Notes: generated by a model not told the origin, from the letters alone. 64,000 nucleotides of DNA from an uncultured Ruficoccus sp. (GCA_965140785.1 OZ223481.1:480001-544000), one strand, 5' to 3'. Shown: positions 8,347-18,169, numbered from the stretch's first letter. A program made the numbers and translations.

Positions 8347-9026
8347 TTTGATTTATCCTTCACGCCCTGAGGCTTCTTGGCCAAGTCCTTGAATTTATCG
8401 AAATAAGGCTGGAAAACAGCTTCCAACCAAAGGCGGTTCGCCATGCGCTGGGCAGCGGCTCCACCTGCGGAAGAGGACGCTTGGGCATAATTGCCAAGGT
8501 CGCTCTCAAGCGAAGACTGGATAAACGCGATTCTCTCCAACAGGTTCTCAGCCTCTATCTTGACCACGTAGCCGCAATAGCGCCGGTAAATGCCGGGGTC
8601 CACATCTGTTCTCTCCCCGCTCACATGGGTGTGATTAGCCCTTCTGCTGGCTTCCGTGTATTTGACGGGTTGCGGGATTGTATTGGCGGGAAAGTCGTTG
8701 ATGAGTGTCTGAATCTTTGCCTCAAGCGCTTCGTGCTGCTGGCGTTTCTGCTCGACGAACTTCCGTGTGGGAGCATCGAGCATTTCCAGCGGAATTGTTA
8801 CCTTCATTGGGTCTCCTTTCACATCCCGGTAGTCCAACCGCTCAACGATTACGGATGTATCATCGGCAGAGATATAAATGCCCTGAATCGAACGCCCATC
8901 GACAGAAGTAAACGTATCAGCGGGAGCGGCTTCCTCAGTATTCCCTTGGGCCGCATGCAAGGGGTAGAGAGAAGTTAGCAGGATCAGGACACCCACAGGA
9001 TACATTTTCAAATGCCGTAATTTCAT
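8343..9026 (-). CDS. Secreted protein with SHD1-like domain
   Basis: Signal peptide ending LHA; TFTSVDGRSIQG...IPLEMLD resembles the SHD1 domains common in PVC bacteria. Start uncertain (up to 9080). Confidence 0.6.
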   Translation of the reverse strand: MKLRHLKMYPVGVLILLTSLYPLHAAQGNTEEAAPADTFTSVDGRSIQGIYISADDTSVIVERLDYRDVKGDPMKVTIPLEMLDAPTRKFVEQKRQQHEALEAKIQTLINDFPANTIPQPVKYTEASRRANHTHVSGERTDVDPGIYRRYCGYVVKIEAENLLERIAFIQSSLESDLGNYAQASSSAGGAAAQRMANRLWLEAVFQPYFDKFKDLAKKPQGVKDKSK

Positions 9027-9180
9027 CGGGAGGGATGGCATATTTGCGCTTCCCGTATGGGGCACGCTGTATGAGTTCATCCCGTTTTTTAGCCCGCTAG
9101 TTAGATGACAGGCAACCTAAAAATGCTACGTATATGGTGTAGATGTATTTGCATCAAAAAGATATTCTACCTGCGCAAGC

Positions 9181-9411
9181 ATGGGGACAGAGGCAAAGAA
9201 GGAGTTACGACAACTTGGCGAGGCGATTCGAGTCGCCCGCAAGCAGATGAATGTTAGCCAAGAAGACTTTGCCGAATGGTGCGACCTTCACCGAACCTAC
9301 ATCGGCCATGTCGAGCGTGGAGAGGTCAATGTCTCGTTCAGGAATGTCCTGAAGATCGCCGCCGCGTTGAAGATGAAGCCTTCTGTCTTGCTGGATGCGG
9401 CGAATCTTTGA
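9181..9411 (+). CDS. XRE-family HTH regulator (R-M controller C-protein-like)
   Basis: SQEDFAEWCDLHRTYIGHVERGEVNVSFRNVLKIAAAL. Confidence 0.9.
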   Translation: MGTEAKKELRQLGEAIRVARKQMNVSQEDFAEWCDLHRTYIGHVERGEVNVSFRNVLKIAAALKMKPSVLLDAANL

Positions 9412-9685
9412 TCGATGTTTGCTCCCTGTGCTTCTGTAAGCAGCGGACAAATTCATCTTCTGTGATTCTCACAGCCCATACCTCTCCTAGAAATTCGGCA
9501 TCTGGGGCAATATTATGGGTAACGTTCAAAACCTTGAAGTAACCTTGATCGTAAATTTCGATCTCTTCGCCTTGGCATGGTAGTCGAAGAACCTCATAAT
9601 ATTCATGGTTCTTCCAGACTGTCGAACCCGGTTCATGGGTGTGGAGGTATATTTTTACCGTAGGTATCATATGGTTGTTTTTCAT
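9338..9685 (-). CDS. Hypothetical protein downstream of terL
   Basis: ATG 5 bp after the terL stop; 3' end overlaps the convergent XRE gene. Confidence 0.45.
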   Translation of the reverse strand: MKNNHMIPTVKIYLHTHEPGSTVWKNHEYYEVLRLPCQGEEIEIYDQGYFKVLNVTHNIAPDAEFLGEVWAVRITEDEFVRCLQKHREQTSIKDSPHPARQKASSSTRRRSSGHS

Positions 9686-9689
9686 AATT

Positions 9690-10997
9690 TTATGCTAGCG
9701 CTATGGTTGACCTTGGCCGGTGATAGAGGGCTCCCAGCACGGCGTCAGCCCGATCCGGGGAAGACAGGCCGCGTGCGTGTAGTTGCGCCTTGGGTTCGAT
9801 CTGGACCTGTCCCCGGCTGTTAAGGGTGTACTGACGCGAGACAAGCTGCTCGTGGAGGAGTTTATCGGGCGGAAGGATGATTCCCCCTGTCTTAATCTTT
9901 TCCGCCCCTTCCAGCCAAATCTCTGTCCCCATATTGGCGTAGGCTTCGCTGTTCTTGGCCGGTTTCTCGTTGCGGATGCGGTTCACCTTCCACCCCTCTT
10001 CTTTCAGGCGGTCGCAGATGGGGATTCCGAGCCCGGAGCCATCGGCGCTGATATCTTGGGGCGTGAGCCCATGTTCGCGGAAGAGGCGGATGAACTCTCC
10101 GACTGCGGACATGGTGTCCCGCTCCCGCCATGCCTTGGCGATCTGGACGCGATTGCCGCGCCGGATAGCCAGGACATTTTCATCGCCCCCTGCCGCGAAG
10201 TCACAGAAGGCGTGTGTCTCGCCATCGGTGAAGGGGGTTTGCGCCTGTAGACACTGCTCAAGCGCGGATAGGGGGACAACGCAGCGGTCCCCGTCCTGTT
10301 CGGGGAACTCCGCATGGATCATGCTGCGAACGAGCGGGCTGTCTTCCCCGTATTTTTCAATCTGTTCGTCGATCCATTTCTGGGGGATATGCGGGCAGTC
10401 AAAGGAGGTTACCGTGAAAGGACGGAAGAAGCGACGCTCGGTGGTAAATGCCCGGTAGAACTTGCCCCGGCGCGGGCCGGGCGAACTCATCAGGAGGACA
10501 CGCGTGGGCTGGCAGCGGTCTATCGCCTCAAAGATTTCATCGGGGATGGACTTGGCTTCGTCGCAGATGACGAGGAGGTTGTCGTTGTGCCAGCCTTCGA
10601 AGCGCCCCGGATCATCAGTCGAAAAGCCGTAGATGCGTGACCCTGTGGGCGTCTCGACTTCGGTTTCCAGAAATTTCCAGTGCGGGAAAAGGTGCTGATA
10701 GGCGCGGATGCCGGGATAGAACTGTTCCTTGACCTGACGGAAGACGCCCGCCGTAACCAGCGTCATACTGCCGGGGAATACGGCAGCATGCCAGAGTGCG
10801 AGCGGGACACCTAGGCTGGAGGTCTTGCCCGTGCCGTTTCCCGCCTTGATGGCAACGGAGCTTCCCCGCTTATCCAGCGCCGCTAGGGCGTCCTGCTGCC
10901 ATGGGTATAGCTCCATGCCCAAAACGCCTCTGGCGAAGCCGTAGGGCAGGTGTAGGAGGCTTGCAGGGTCATTCGCTGTCGGTGCTGCTGCCTTCAT
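9690..10997 (-). CDS. terL: Phage terminase large subunit
   Basis: LYPWQ Q-motif, Walker A GNGTGKT, Walker B VICDEA, coupling motif SSP, nuclease FCDFA...ADGSGLG...SPDRADA. Confidence 0.9.
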   Translation of the reverse strand: MKAAAPTANDPASLLHLPYGFARGVLGMELYPWQQDALAALDKRGSSVAIKAGNGTGKTSSLGVPLALWHAAVFPGSMTLVTAGVFRQVKEQFYPGIRAYQHLFPHWKFLETEVETPTGSRIYGFSTDDPGRFEGWHNDNLLVICDEAKSIPDEIFEAIDRCQPTRVLLMSSPGPRRGKFYRAFTTERRFFRPFTVTSFDCPHIPQKWIDEQIEKYGEDSPLVRSMIHAEFPEQDGDRCVVPLSALEQCLQAQTPFTDGETHAFCDFAAGGDENVLAIRRGNRVQIAKAWRERDTMSAVGEFIRLFREHGLTPQDISADGSGLGIPICDRLKEEGWKVNRIRNEKPAKNSEAYANMGTEIWLEGAEKIKTGGIILPPDKLLHEQLVSRQYTLNSRGQVQIEPKAQLHARGLSSPDRADAVLGALYHRPRSTIALA

Positions 10998-11400
10998 AGC
11001 GCTTTCTGGCCTCCGCAATCGCGTTCAGTGTGGTCTCATCGATCCCCAGCCGATGATTGATCGTCCCCTCGTGCCGGTGGGCAACCTCTAGGCGGCTCTT
11101 GGCGAAGTGTTCCGGGCGCACATGCTCCAGCCACCATTTGGCGGCGCTCAGGTCTCCGGCGTCTATCGCTTCCCGTATCGCCTTCAGGCGGGTTGCCACG
11201 CCCCTAGCCAACGCCTTGTCTATGGCCTCAGAAAACTCAGGAAACTTCCGCCGCCATTCGCAGAAGGTCTCATAGGAAATCCCTGCCAGCGCCGCCGCAT
11301 CCTTTAGGGGGAGCCCGTCCCCGATGTGTTCAAGGATGTCCTTGGTCAAGGCGGGCGTCCGCTTCGACGGCCTGCCGCATTTTCTGGTTTTCGTACGCAT
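10969..11400 (-). CDS. terS: Putative terminase small subunit (HTH)
   Basis: GRPSK...KDAAALAGISYETFCEWRRKFPEFSEAI...AAKWWLE; overlaps the terL start. Confidence 0.75.
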   Translation of the reverse strand: MRTKTRKCGRPSKRTPALTKDILEHIGDGLPLKDAAALAGISYETFCEWRRKFPEFSEAIDKALARGVATRLKAIREAIDAGDLSAAKWWLEHVRPEHFAKSRLEVAHRHEGTINHRLGIDETTLNAIAEARKRYEGSSTDSE

Positions 11401-11418
11401 TTTGAACCCGGTGCAAAT
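11398..11418. repeat. Island-specific palindromic motif, copy 2, overlapping the terS ATG
   Basis: CATTTTGAACCCGGTGCAAAT. Confidence 0.8.
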
Positions 11419-11572
11419 TTTGGAAGTTAAAGCGGGCTGCCTATGCCACCTTAACTTACGCAACCCCTACCGGGTTAATAATGTCCGCCAGAAATAGTGT
11501 CAATACATATTGTTGATAGCAAACAGTATGTAACAGATTAGTTGTCAATGGCCGCCTTGTCTTGTCAGGCGT

Positions 11573-13480
11573 TCAGCTCTGTTGAATCTGATAAATGTTC
11601 GGCTTTCTTGTCGGGCGTAATTTATCCAGAGAGAGCCGCTTAAGGTCCAAGCCATAATCGACTTTCTCAATGGCGGTCTTGAGATATTTAATAGTGGGAG
11701 CCTTTTTGTGGATATAATTACTCCTCATCGCATGTTCAAAGAACTTCCTTTCTTGGGTGGACCAGCCGCATAGGGCATCAATGATTCCCAGCTCAAGACC
11801 TGCCTCATGACATGCCGTTGCAAACGTATGCCTAAAGGAATGGAAAACGAGTTCTCGGGTTTTTATTGAGGCGAGCTTTTTAAGGACAACTTCATTGAAC
11901 CATCGCGATACGCCTTGGGGGCGTAGGTTTGGGAAAAGTCTTTGGGAGGTAGGCTCAATGTTTCGTTTGTAATCCATCAAGCCGAGAGCCAGTAGCTTGC
12001 TATGAACGGGAACAACCCTCACGCTGCCCGGTGTTTTTGCTGACTGTCCTTCCTTCGCGTTCGTGATCGAAAAACTGTAAATCTTGTCCTGCTCGACGAT
12101 CTGATCGCAATGAAGCTGGCAAATCTCGCCAAGACGGGCTCCCGTGTAGAGCGCGATTAGGGGCACCCAGAAATATCCGTTATGGATGATGTGATTGCCC
12201 GGACAATTTCGTCGTTTAAGGTTTTTGCAACCGGTGTAGGAGGGGACGGAGAATATCTTCCTGAGCATGTCTGCCTTGAAGGGTTCTCGGACTATGGAGG
12301 CGCTAGCTGTATCTCTCCGGGCATTATTCGTGAATCTGTAGTTCGTTGCCCAACACTTATCGATCAGTCCGGTTTCTTCTGCGAACATGAATGCTCCCCG
12401 TATCCTTCCGAGGGAATTATTGACCGTGTAGTTGTTTCGCCGTGTATCGCCGTCTTTATCTGCGATCTTGATGCATTCTCCATACGATTTACCGAGATAT
12501 TTCTTTCCCGTTCTCGGGGGTAACGCCGCGATCTGCTTTTTTATCAACTGAAAATCATCATAGGTCAGGGTCTTGATGTCTTTGTCTCCAAGGAATTCCA
12601 CCATGACCTCCTTTGAGGTATTCAAATCCGTGCGGATTTTTTTAGAAATTTTTCCTTCTCCCTCAGACTTCTTATACTCTTCGTAGCGTGTGAACAACTG
12701 GGAGATCGTGACCTTTGGCCTTAGCGCTTCATCTGCGATGTGCTCTTGAGGGACTGAAGCGACCATGGCGGCTTCAAGCTTTGCCAATTCCTTGGGGTAG
12801 AAGGGGGTGCTCAAGCGCTTGTCGAGGCAATCCAGCTCCCATCTATGGCATTCGTCCAAGATGCTCCACATGAGGCGGGACAGCTTCTTAAAGCATTTCC
12901 CATCCTCTCGAAGGTGGATATTGTTATCCAAGCAAATTTGCTTGGCCGCTATGACATGCGGCAAGTCGTCATGCCTGCGCCGTCGATTCGAGTGAAGGTC
13001 GTGTAACTCTTGGTGGAGATCGGCCTTGAAGTCCTGAACCTTGCCGGAGACATACTCGGATTCCTTTTCATCTATGGCGATGTCGATAAAATTGAGGAGC
13101 ACATCCCTTTCATTGCTGAACCAATTTTCAAACCACTCATCGATCATCGCGAATAGCTGAGATAGCGGGACTGCATCTATCGGTGCGATTTCCGCGAGTT
13201 TGGCTGTCAATTTGGCATGATGGGAAAGGATATTCTGCCTAAACGGGTGGCGTGGCTGCTGAGTCAGCCTGCGGGCGTCTTCGATCTGCTGATCGAATGT
13301 GGAGAGATTCTTCCGGTGCTGCTTTTCAATCTCTGCGGCAGGTCCGCCGCCTATCTGGACTGTGAGGTATTTTTTACCGATTACGGGCTGCACATCGGCA
13401 GGGACGGGATAGCGGCTGAAGTAGGCTTTTCGTTGCTTGCGAAACGTCAAATATTTGGCCTTGGGCACGGCTTCTTCCAT
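11573..13480 (-). CDS. int: Tyrosine recombinase/integrase
   Basis: YTGARLGEI (R), SAKT (K), FHSFRHT (HxxR), LCGW, RSNY (Y); adjacent to tRNA-Glu. Confidence 0.95.
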   Translation of the reverse strand: MEEAVPKAKYLTFRKQRKAYFSRYPVPADVQPVIGKKYLTVQIGGGPAAEIEKQHRKNLSTFDQQIEDARRLTQQPRHPFRQNILSHHAKLTAKLAEIAPIDAVPLSQLFAMIDEWFENWFSNERDVLLNFIDIAIDEKESEYVSGKVQDFKADLHQELHDLHSNRRRRHDDLPHVIAAKQICLDNNIHLREDGKCFKKLSRLMWSILDECHRWELDCLDKRLSTPFYPKELAKLEAAMVASVPQEHIADEALRPKVTISQLFTRYEEYKKSEGEGKISKKIRTDLNTSKEVMVEFLGDKDIKTLTYDDFQLIKKQIAALPPRTGKKYLGKSYGECIKIADKDGDTRRNNYTVNNSLGRIRGAFMFAEETGLIDKCWATNYRFTNNARRDTASASIVREPFKADMLRKIFSVPSYTGCKNLKRRNCPGNHIIHNGYFWVPLIALYTGARLGEICQLHCDQIVEQDKIYSFSITNAKEGQSAKTPGSVRVVPVHSKLLALGLMDYKRNIEPTSQRLFPNLRPQGVSRWFNEVVLKKLASIKTRELVFHSFRHTFATACHEAGLELGIIDALCGWSTQERKFFEHAMRSNYIHKKAPTIKYLKTAIEKVDYGLDLKRLSLDKLRPTRKPNIYQIQQS

Positions 13481-13588
13481 GGGCTAATTGTTACCAGATT
13501 TGTAACCAACGCCAAGGAGATAGCTTTCGTAAGAAGCTGGTTTCCAACAACCTGTTGATGCCCAAAAACTTTTGCCACTTAAACTTGA

Positions 13589-13609
13589 AAAGTGGCGTCC
13601 CCACGGGGA
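13589..13609. repeat. att direct repeat, tRNA-proximal
   Basis: Identical to 1484-1504; overlaps the tRNA 3' end. Confidence 0.95.
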
Positions 13610-13670
13610 TTCGAACCCCGGTCGCTGGAATGAAAATCCAGTGTCCTAGACCTGACTAGACGATGGGGAC
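13593..13670 (-). tRNA. tRNA-Glu (UUC)
   Basis: Reverse complement GTCCCCA...CTGGA-TTTTCAT-TCCAG...GGTTCGAATCC...TGGGGAC-G-CCA forms a cloverleaf. Confidence 0.97.
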
Positions 13671-13806
13671 TTAGCCAGTTGGAAGCGGATGAAGTTAGGG
13701 CGTATCGGGGTGGGCGCAAGGATTTTTTTGCAGGAATTTAAAAAAGTGCAGGGGCGGGCAATTCCGCGTTTGCTCCCGGGGGCGCGGGCACCTATGCAAA
13801 GGGGCC

Positions 13807-14724
13807 ATGACGTTTGACGAAGTCAAGGCGGCTCTGCCCCGGCAGGCCATGCGTGAAGTGACCGGTCTGCCCTACAGGCACATCGGCTCGGGCAAGGTGC
13901 GGGAGATTTACGATCTGGGCGAGGCGCTGCTGCTGATCGCCACCGACCGGCTCTCGGCTTTCGACGTGGTGCTGCCCGACGGCATCCCCGGCAAGGGCAT
14001 CCTGCTCACCCAGGCCAGCCTCTGGTGGTTTCGTCAGACCGAGGGACTCATCCCCAACCACCTTGTGCCCAACCACGACGCGGTTCTGCGCGAGACGCTG
14101 AAGGACTTCCCTCAGCTCGTCCCTTACAGCATGCTGGTCAAAAAGCTCGCTCCGGTCAAGCTGGAGGCCGTTGTGCGCGGTTATCTCGCCGGGAGCGGGT
14201 GGAAAGACTACAAGCAGACCGGCCAGCTTTTCGGTCTCGACCTGCCCGCCGGTTTGCAGGAAAGCTCGGCCCTGCCCGAGCCGCTCTTTACCCCGACGAC
14301 GAAGGCGGACGAGGGTCACGACCTGCCGGTAGGCGAAACCGAAGCCAAGGCCATTGTCGGGAGCGCGACCTACGAGCAGATCAAGGCCGTCAGTCTGGAG
14401 ATTTTCCGTATGGGTACTGAGAAGGCTGCCGCGTCCGGTCTCATCCTGGCCGACACGAAGTTCGAGTTCGGCACGGATACGGCGGGCTCGCTGTACCTGA
14501 TTGACGAGGTGCTGACGCCGGATTCCTCGCGCTACTGGCCGCAGGAGGATTACCAGCCGGGCCGCCCGCAGACCGCTTTTGACAAGCAATACGTGCGCGA
14601 CTACCTGGAGACGCTCAACTGGGGCAAAACCTATCCCGGTCCGAGCCTGCCGACCGAGGTTATCGCAAAGACCCAGGAGCGTTACCTGACCGCCCTGGAA
14701 AAGCTCTGGCAGAGCCTGCAATAG
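13807..14724 (+). CDS. purC: SAICAR synthetase
   Basis: GKVREIY, ATDRLSAFD, ADTKFEFG, DEVLTPDSSRYW, FDKQYVRDYL. Confidence 0.97.
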   Translation: MTFDEVKAALPRQAMREVTGLPYRHIGSGKVREIYDLGEALLLIATDRLSAFDVVLPDGIPGKGILLTQASLWWFRQTEGLIPNHLVPNHDAVLRETLKDFPQLVPYSMLVKKLAPVKLEAVVRGYLAGSGWKDYKQTGQLFGLDLPAGLQESSALPEPLFTPTTKADEGHDLPVGETEAKAIVGSATYEQIKAVSLEIFRMGTEKAAASGLILADTKFEFGTDTAGSLYLIDEVLTPDSSRYWPQEDYQPGRPQTAFDKQYVRDYLETLNWGKTYPGPSLPTEVIAKTQERYLTALEKLWQSLQ

Positions 14725-15044
14725 GGGGCATCTCATATCTCCGGCTGTCCGCGCGGGGCAGGGACCCCGGCGAGTTCGTCATGGGGGGTTGGCGCTGTCT
14801 TCCCTTTATCTCCTGTCGCATTAGGAGCCGCTTTTTGCTCCAAAGTCCATGTCCTCACCTCGATAATTCCTGATTCGCCTCGGTTCGAAGCCTGAATCTT
14901 GGCTCTAAGAATCAGCTTTTTCTGCTCGTTGCGTAATTTGAAGACAGGGCTTAGGCCTGCGAAGGTGAGCCGACGTATTGACGATAAAGGCACTTCATGC
15001 ATCCTGTTGTATGATAAACGTATAATTCCTAATTTATATCTCGG

Positions 15045-16148
15045 ATGAATCTCATTATTGGTGTCCCTACTGAAGTTAAGGAAAAAGAAAACCGGGTTGC
15101 CTGCACGCCGGGTAACGCCCATGCCCTGTGTGCACGGGGAGCGCGTGTGCTGGTGCAGGCTGGCGCGGGGGTTGGCAGCGGGTTCATGGACGAGGATTTT
15201 GTGGCAGCGGGGGCCGAGGTCGTCCCGGACGCCGAGGCGGTCTTTGGGCAGGCAGAGATGATCCTCAAGGTGAAAGAGCCCTTGAAGGAAGAGTTCGGGC
15301 GTTTTCGCGAGGGCCAGACGTTGTTCACGTATTTGCACCTGGCGGCGAATCCTGCCGTGGCTCAGATGCTCACGGAGCGGGGGGTCACGGCCATCGCGTA
15401 CGAGAGCGTGGTGGTGGGCGGACGCTTGCCGCTGCTTGAGCCCATGAGCGAAATCGCCGGTCGCATGTCGGCCCTGGTCGGCGCCTACTACCAGTCTTCG
15501 CCCTTGGGCGGAGCCGGTGTACTGGCCGGGGGGGTGCCGGGAGTCGCCCCGGCGAATGTGCTCGTGCTCGGGGGCGGCATTGCGGGCTTTAATGCCGCCC
15601 GGATGGCCGTGGGGATGGGGGCCGATGTCACGGTGATGGATATCAATGTGGAGAAAATGTGCGCCCTGGATGAGCACATGCAGGGACGGCTGAAGACGGT
15701 TTATTCCAGCGAACACAACCTGCGGGAGAGGCTTCCTGCAGTGGATATCCTGATCGGGGCGGTCCTGGTGCCGGGAGCGCGGGCTCCGCGCCTGGTCAAA
15801 CGCGACATGCTCAGGCTCATGCGGCCGGGGTCCGTATTCGTGGACATCGCTATCGACCAGGGTGGCTGTGCCGAAACCTCGCACCCGACCACCCACGGCC
15901 ATCCGGTCTTCGTGGAGGAGGGGGTCGTGCACTACTGCGTGGCGAATATGCCCGGCGCTTACGCCCGGACCGCCACGCTCGCCCTTACCAACGCCACTTT
16001 TCCCTACGTCCTTAAGCTGGTCGAACTGGGGCCGCAGGAGGCTATGCGCCAAATGCCCGCCCTGGCCGCAGGCCTGAACACCTGCGCCGGCAAAGTCGTT
16101 CACCCGGTCGTGGCCGAGGCCTTGAGCAGGGACGAAACCCCGTCCTGA
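15045..16148 (+). CDS. ald: Alanine dehydrogenase
   Basis: [45 protein letters not shown]. Confidence 0.97.
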   Translation: MNLIIGVPTEVKEKENRVACTPGNAHALCARGARVLVQAGAGVGSGFMDEDFVAAGAEVVPDAEAVFGQAEMILKVKEPLKEEFGRFREGQTLFTYLHLAANPAVAQMLTERGVTAIAYESVVVGGRLPLLEPMSEIAGRMSALVGAYYQSSPLGGAGVLAGGVPGVAPANVLVLGGGIAGFNAARMAVGMGADVTVMDINVEKMCALDEHMQGRLKTVYSSEHNLRERLPAVDILIGAVLVPGARAPRLVKRDMLRLMRPGSVFVDIAIDQGGCAETSHPTTHGHPVFVEEGVVHYCVANMPGAYARTATLALTNATFPYVLKLVELGPQEAMRQMPALAAGLNTCAGKVVHPVVAEALSRDETPS

Positions 16149-16348
16149 CGGTCCGGGCGGTCGGTGTGTCCGGAAATGAACAGGCCCTAGGCACTGTACG
16201 CAAACCTCTCAGGTCACATCCTCGTGTCTGTTTGGGTTTGAATTTCGTGTCCTCGGCTCGGCAATTCTCAAAATTGCCTCCCCTCGGAGCCCAAAATTCA
16301 ACCCCCAAAATCCACTTTGGCTGTTCGTTCCGAGGTTTGCGTCACGGC

Positions 16349-17317
16349 CTAGGCGACGACTGCGGCGACGGCCAGACCGAGGCCGATGGTGGCGATGAGG
16401 GCGGCCATCAGGGGCTTGTCGGCTTCGGGCGGTGGCAGGTGGCTGGCGGGCATCTCGGCGATAGGGAAGTGTTTCTCCAGCGCGGTAAAGGCTTCCTCCT
16501 TGATGAAAAAGCCGAAAATCAGAATGGCGGCCATGGAGATGAGCTCCGAGCCGAGCCCGTGGTGGAAGAACTCGAACAGTTCCGGGTAGCCGACGATCAG
16601 AGCGAGGAAGTCGATCCGCAAGATACTGACCACGATCCCGGTGCCGAGCGCGGCGAAGAGCATGCGCCAGAATATTTTGCGCAGATCGGGAAGCATCATT
16701 AGCAGGATGATGAAAAAGGCGAACAAGAGGAAAAACAGCTTCAGGCCCGAGCACTCGGCGATGATTTCGATGGCGTGACCGTGGATCAGGATGGTGTTGC
16801 CGGAGGTTTTGACCGAGAAGCCCACGTAGTGCAGCGTAAAGGCGGATATCTGCGCCACCAGAGTAGAAAAGCGCAGGCTGTGCTCGATCAGGTTCTCCAC
16901 CTGGGCGGCGGGCACGGCGGCCAGGGCGAAAAGCCCGAGGCAGCGCGCATGGAGCCGACTGAAGGTGAACCCGCACGCCATCAGTGACACGCCGAGAGCC
17001 CCGAGGATGAAACCCAGACCCGGATCGGGCAGACCGGTGAAGATATCGGCCAGGGTGAAAGCATAGCCGAGGAGAATCACCCCCATCCCGGCCACGATGG
17101 CGCGGGCGGAGGGTTTTAGGGTGAAGCGGGCCCGGTTCAGGGCGAGGCAGCCCACGGCGGCGGCGATAGCCACGGCCTTGATCGCCATGCGGGACTTTTC
17201 ATCCACGCTGGTATTGGCCAGAAACGGCCCGAGGCAGACCGCGAGCAGGGCGGCGACGATCAATCGTTGCAACAGCCGGGCGCGGGCGGAGGAGGGACTG
17301 GCAGGCGGGTTTTTCAT
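16349..17317 (-). CDS. Exosortase (cyanoexosortase A-like)
   Basis: Polytopic membrane protein with ECSG (Cys), ILRI (Arg) and FFHHG (His) triad. Confidence 0.8.
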   Translation of the reverse strand: MKNPPASPSSARARLLQRLIVAALLAVCLGPFLANTSVDEKSRMAIKAVAIAAAVGCLALNRARFTLKPSARAIVAGMGVILLGYAFTLADIFTGLPDPGLGFILGALGVSLMACGFTFSRLHARCLGLFALAAVPAAQVENLIEHSLRFSTLVAQISAFTLHYVGFSVKTSGNTILIHGHAIEIIAECSGLKLFFLLFAFFIILLMMLPDLRKIFWRMLFAALGTGIVVSILRIDFLALIVGYPELFEFFHHGLGSELISMAAILIFGFFIKEEAFTALEKHFPIAEMPASHLPPPEADKPLMAALIATIGLGLAVAAVVA

Positions 17318-17470
17318 TATCGGTGCCTGGGCCAGAGAGTGGCCCGGTTGGCAGAATGCTTCGATCCCAAATCGGCCAAAGCGCCGCTTTTTTTACCCCT
17401 AAAAACCGACTTTCCGCACCACACGGGCGGAGAGGCCGGGTTTGTTGAGGGGGGAGGGCAGAGGACAGGC

Positions 17471-18169
17471 TCAGTCGTCCTCTTCGATAAACGGTTCCCG
17501 GGTGATGCCCACATGCTCGCCCTTGCCGATGGCGTCCTGGTGCAGCAGATAGCGGTAAACGCCGGTTTTGAAAAACAGCAGGAGGAAGCCCGCGGCGGCC
17601 AGCAGGCTCAGGGTGGCGTTGCGGATGGAAGCTCCCCACAGGGCGATTTTCAGCATGCGCAGGTCCTCCTGCGGGTTTCCGGTACGGATAGGCGAAGAGG
17701 CCATATAGGCCCGGACCGACTCCGCCCCGAGCCCCAGCAGAGCCTGATCGGGGTTGTTGGCGGTGGCGGTTGTTTGCAGGGCGCTCTGGACCCCGGTCGT
17801 AGAGATGATCCCGTAGGGGACCAGCAGCACCCCGGCGATGCCTGCGGCGAGGGCGACCCAGCCCATGGCGCCCCGGATTTTCAGGTGCCAGAAAGTGCAG
17901 GTCTTGGAGAAGGGAATCAAAATCAGTGCCAACCCTAACAACGGCAGCCAGGCGCACGCGACCAGGTGACCGAAGAGGTCATACTCCCACAACGGGCTGG
18001 CGAAATTTACCGGGACGTAGCAGAAAAGCACCTGCACGACGCCGATAGTCAGGAGGATCAGCCCGAGGATGGGCAGCAGTTGTTGCAGGTCCGAGAAGAC
18101 CTTCGCGCGCAGGCGGACGCGCCGGTCGAGATCGGCGTCAGGTGAGTATCGGGAAGCGTGTCGTAGCAT
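17471..18169 (-). CDS. HpsJ-like membrane protein
   Basis: 4 TM helices, PLWEYDLFGHLV...PLLGLAL motif; directly upstream of the exosortase. Confidence 0.6.
   Translation of the reverse strand: MLRHASRYSPDADLDRRVRLRAKVFSDLQQLLPILGLILLTIGVVQVLFCYVPVNFASPLWEYDLFGHLVACAWLPLLGLALILIPFSKTCTFWHLKIRGAMGWVALAAGIAGVLLVPYGIISTTGVQSALQTTATANNPDQALLGLGAESVRAYMASSPIRTGNPQEDLRMLKIALWGASIRNATLSLLAAAGFLLLFFKTGVYRYLLHQDAIGKGEHVGITREPFIEEDD

Larger units (their letters stand above)
1484..13609. mobile_element. tRNA-Glu-integrated ~12.1 kb element (satellite-like or defective prophage island)
   Basis: 21-bp direct repeats, integrase next to the tRNA, terminase genes, resolvase, defence cargo, visibly lower GC than flanking core genes. 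Confidence 0.92.

Noticed and set aside
9100..9180. C-box operator upstream of the XRE gene
   Set aside because: Only weak short inverted repeats (CTAC...GTAG). It does not match GACT-N3-AGTC tandem boxes well enough to call.
14733..15002. Possible ~89-aa minus-strand ORF between purC and ald
   Set aside because: It is the tail of a shadow ORF with no motif, so it cannot be supported without homology or expression data.
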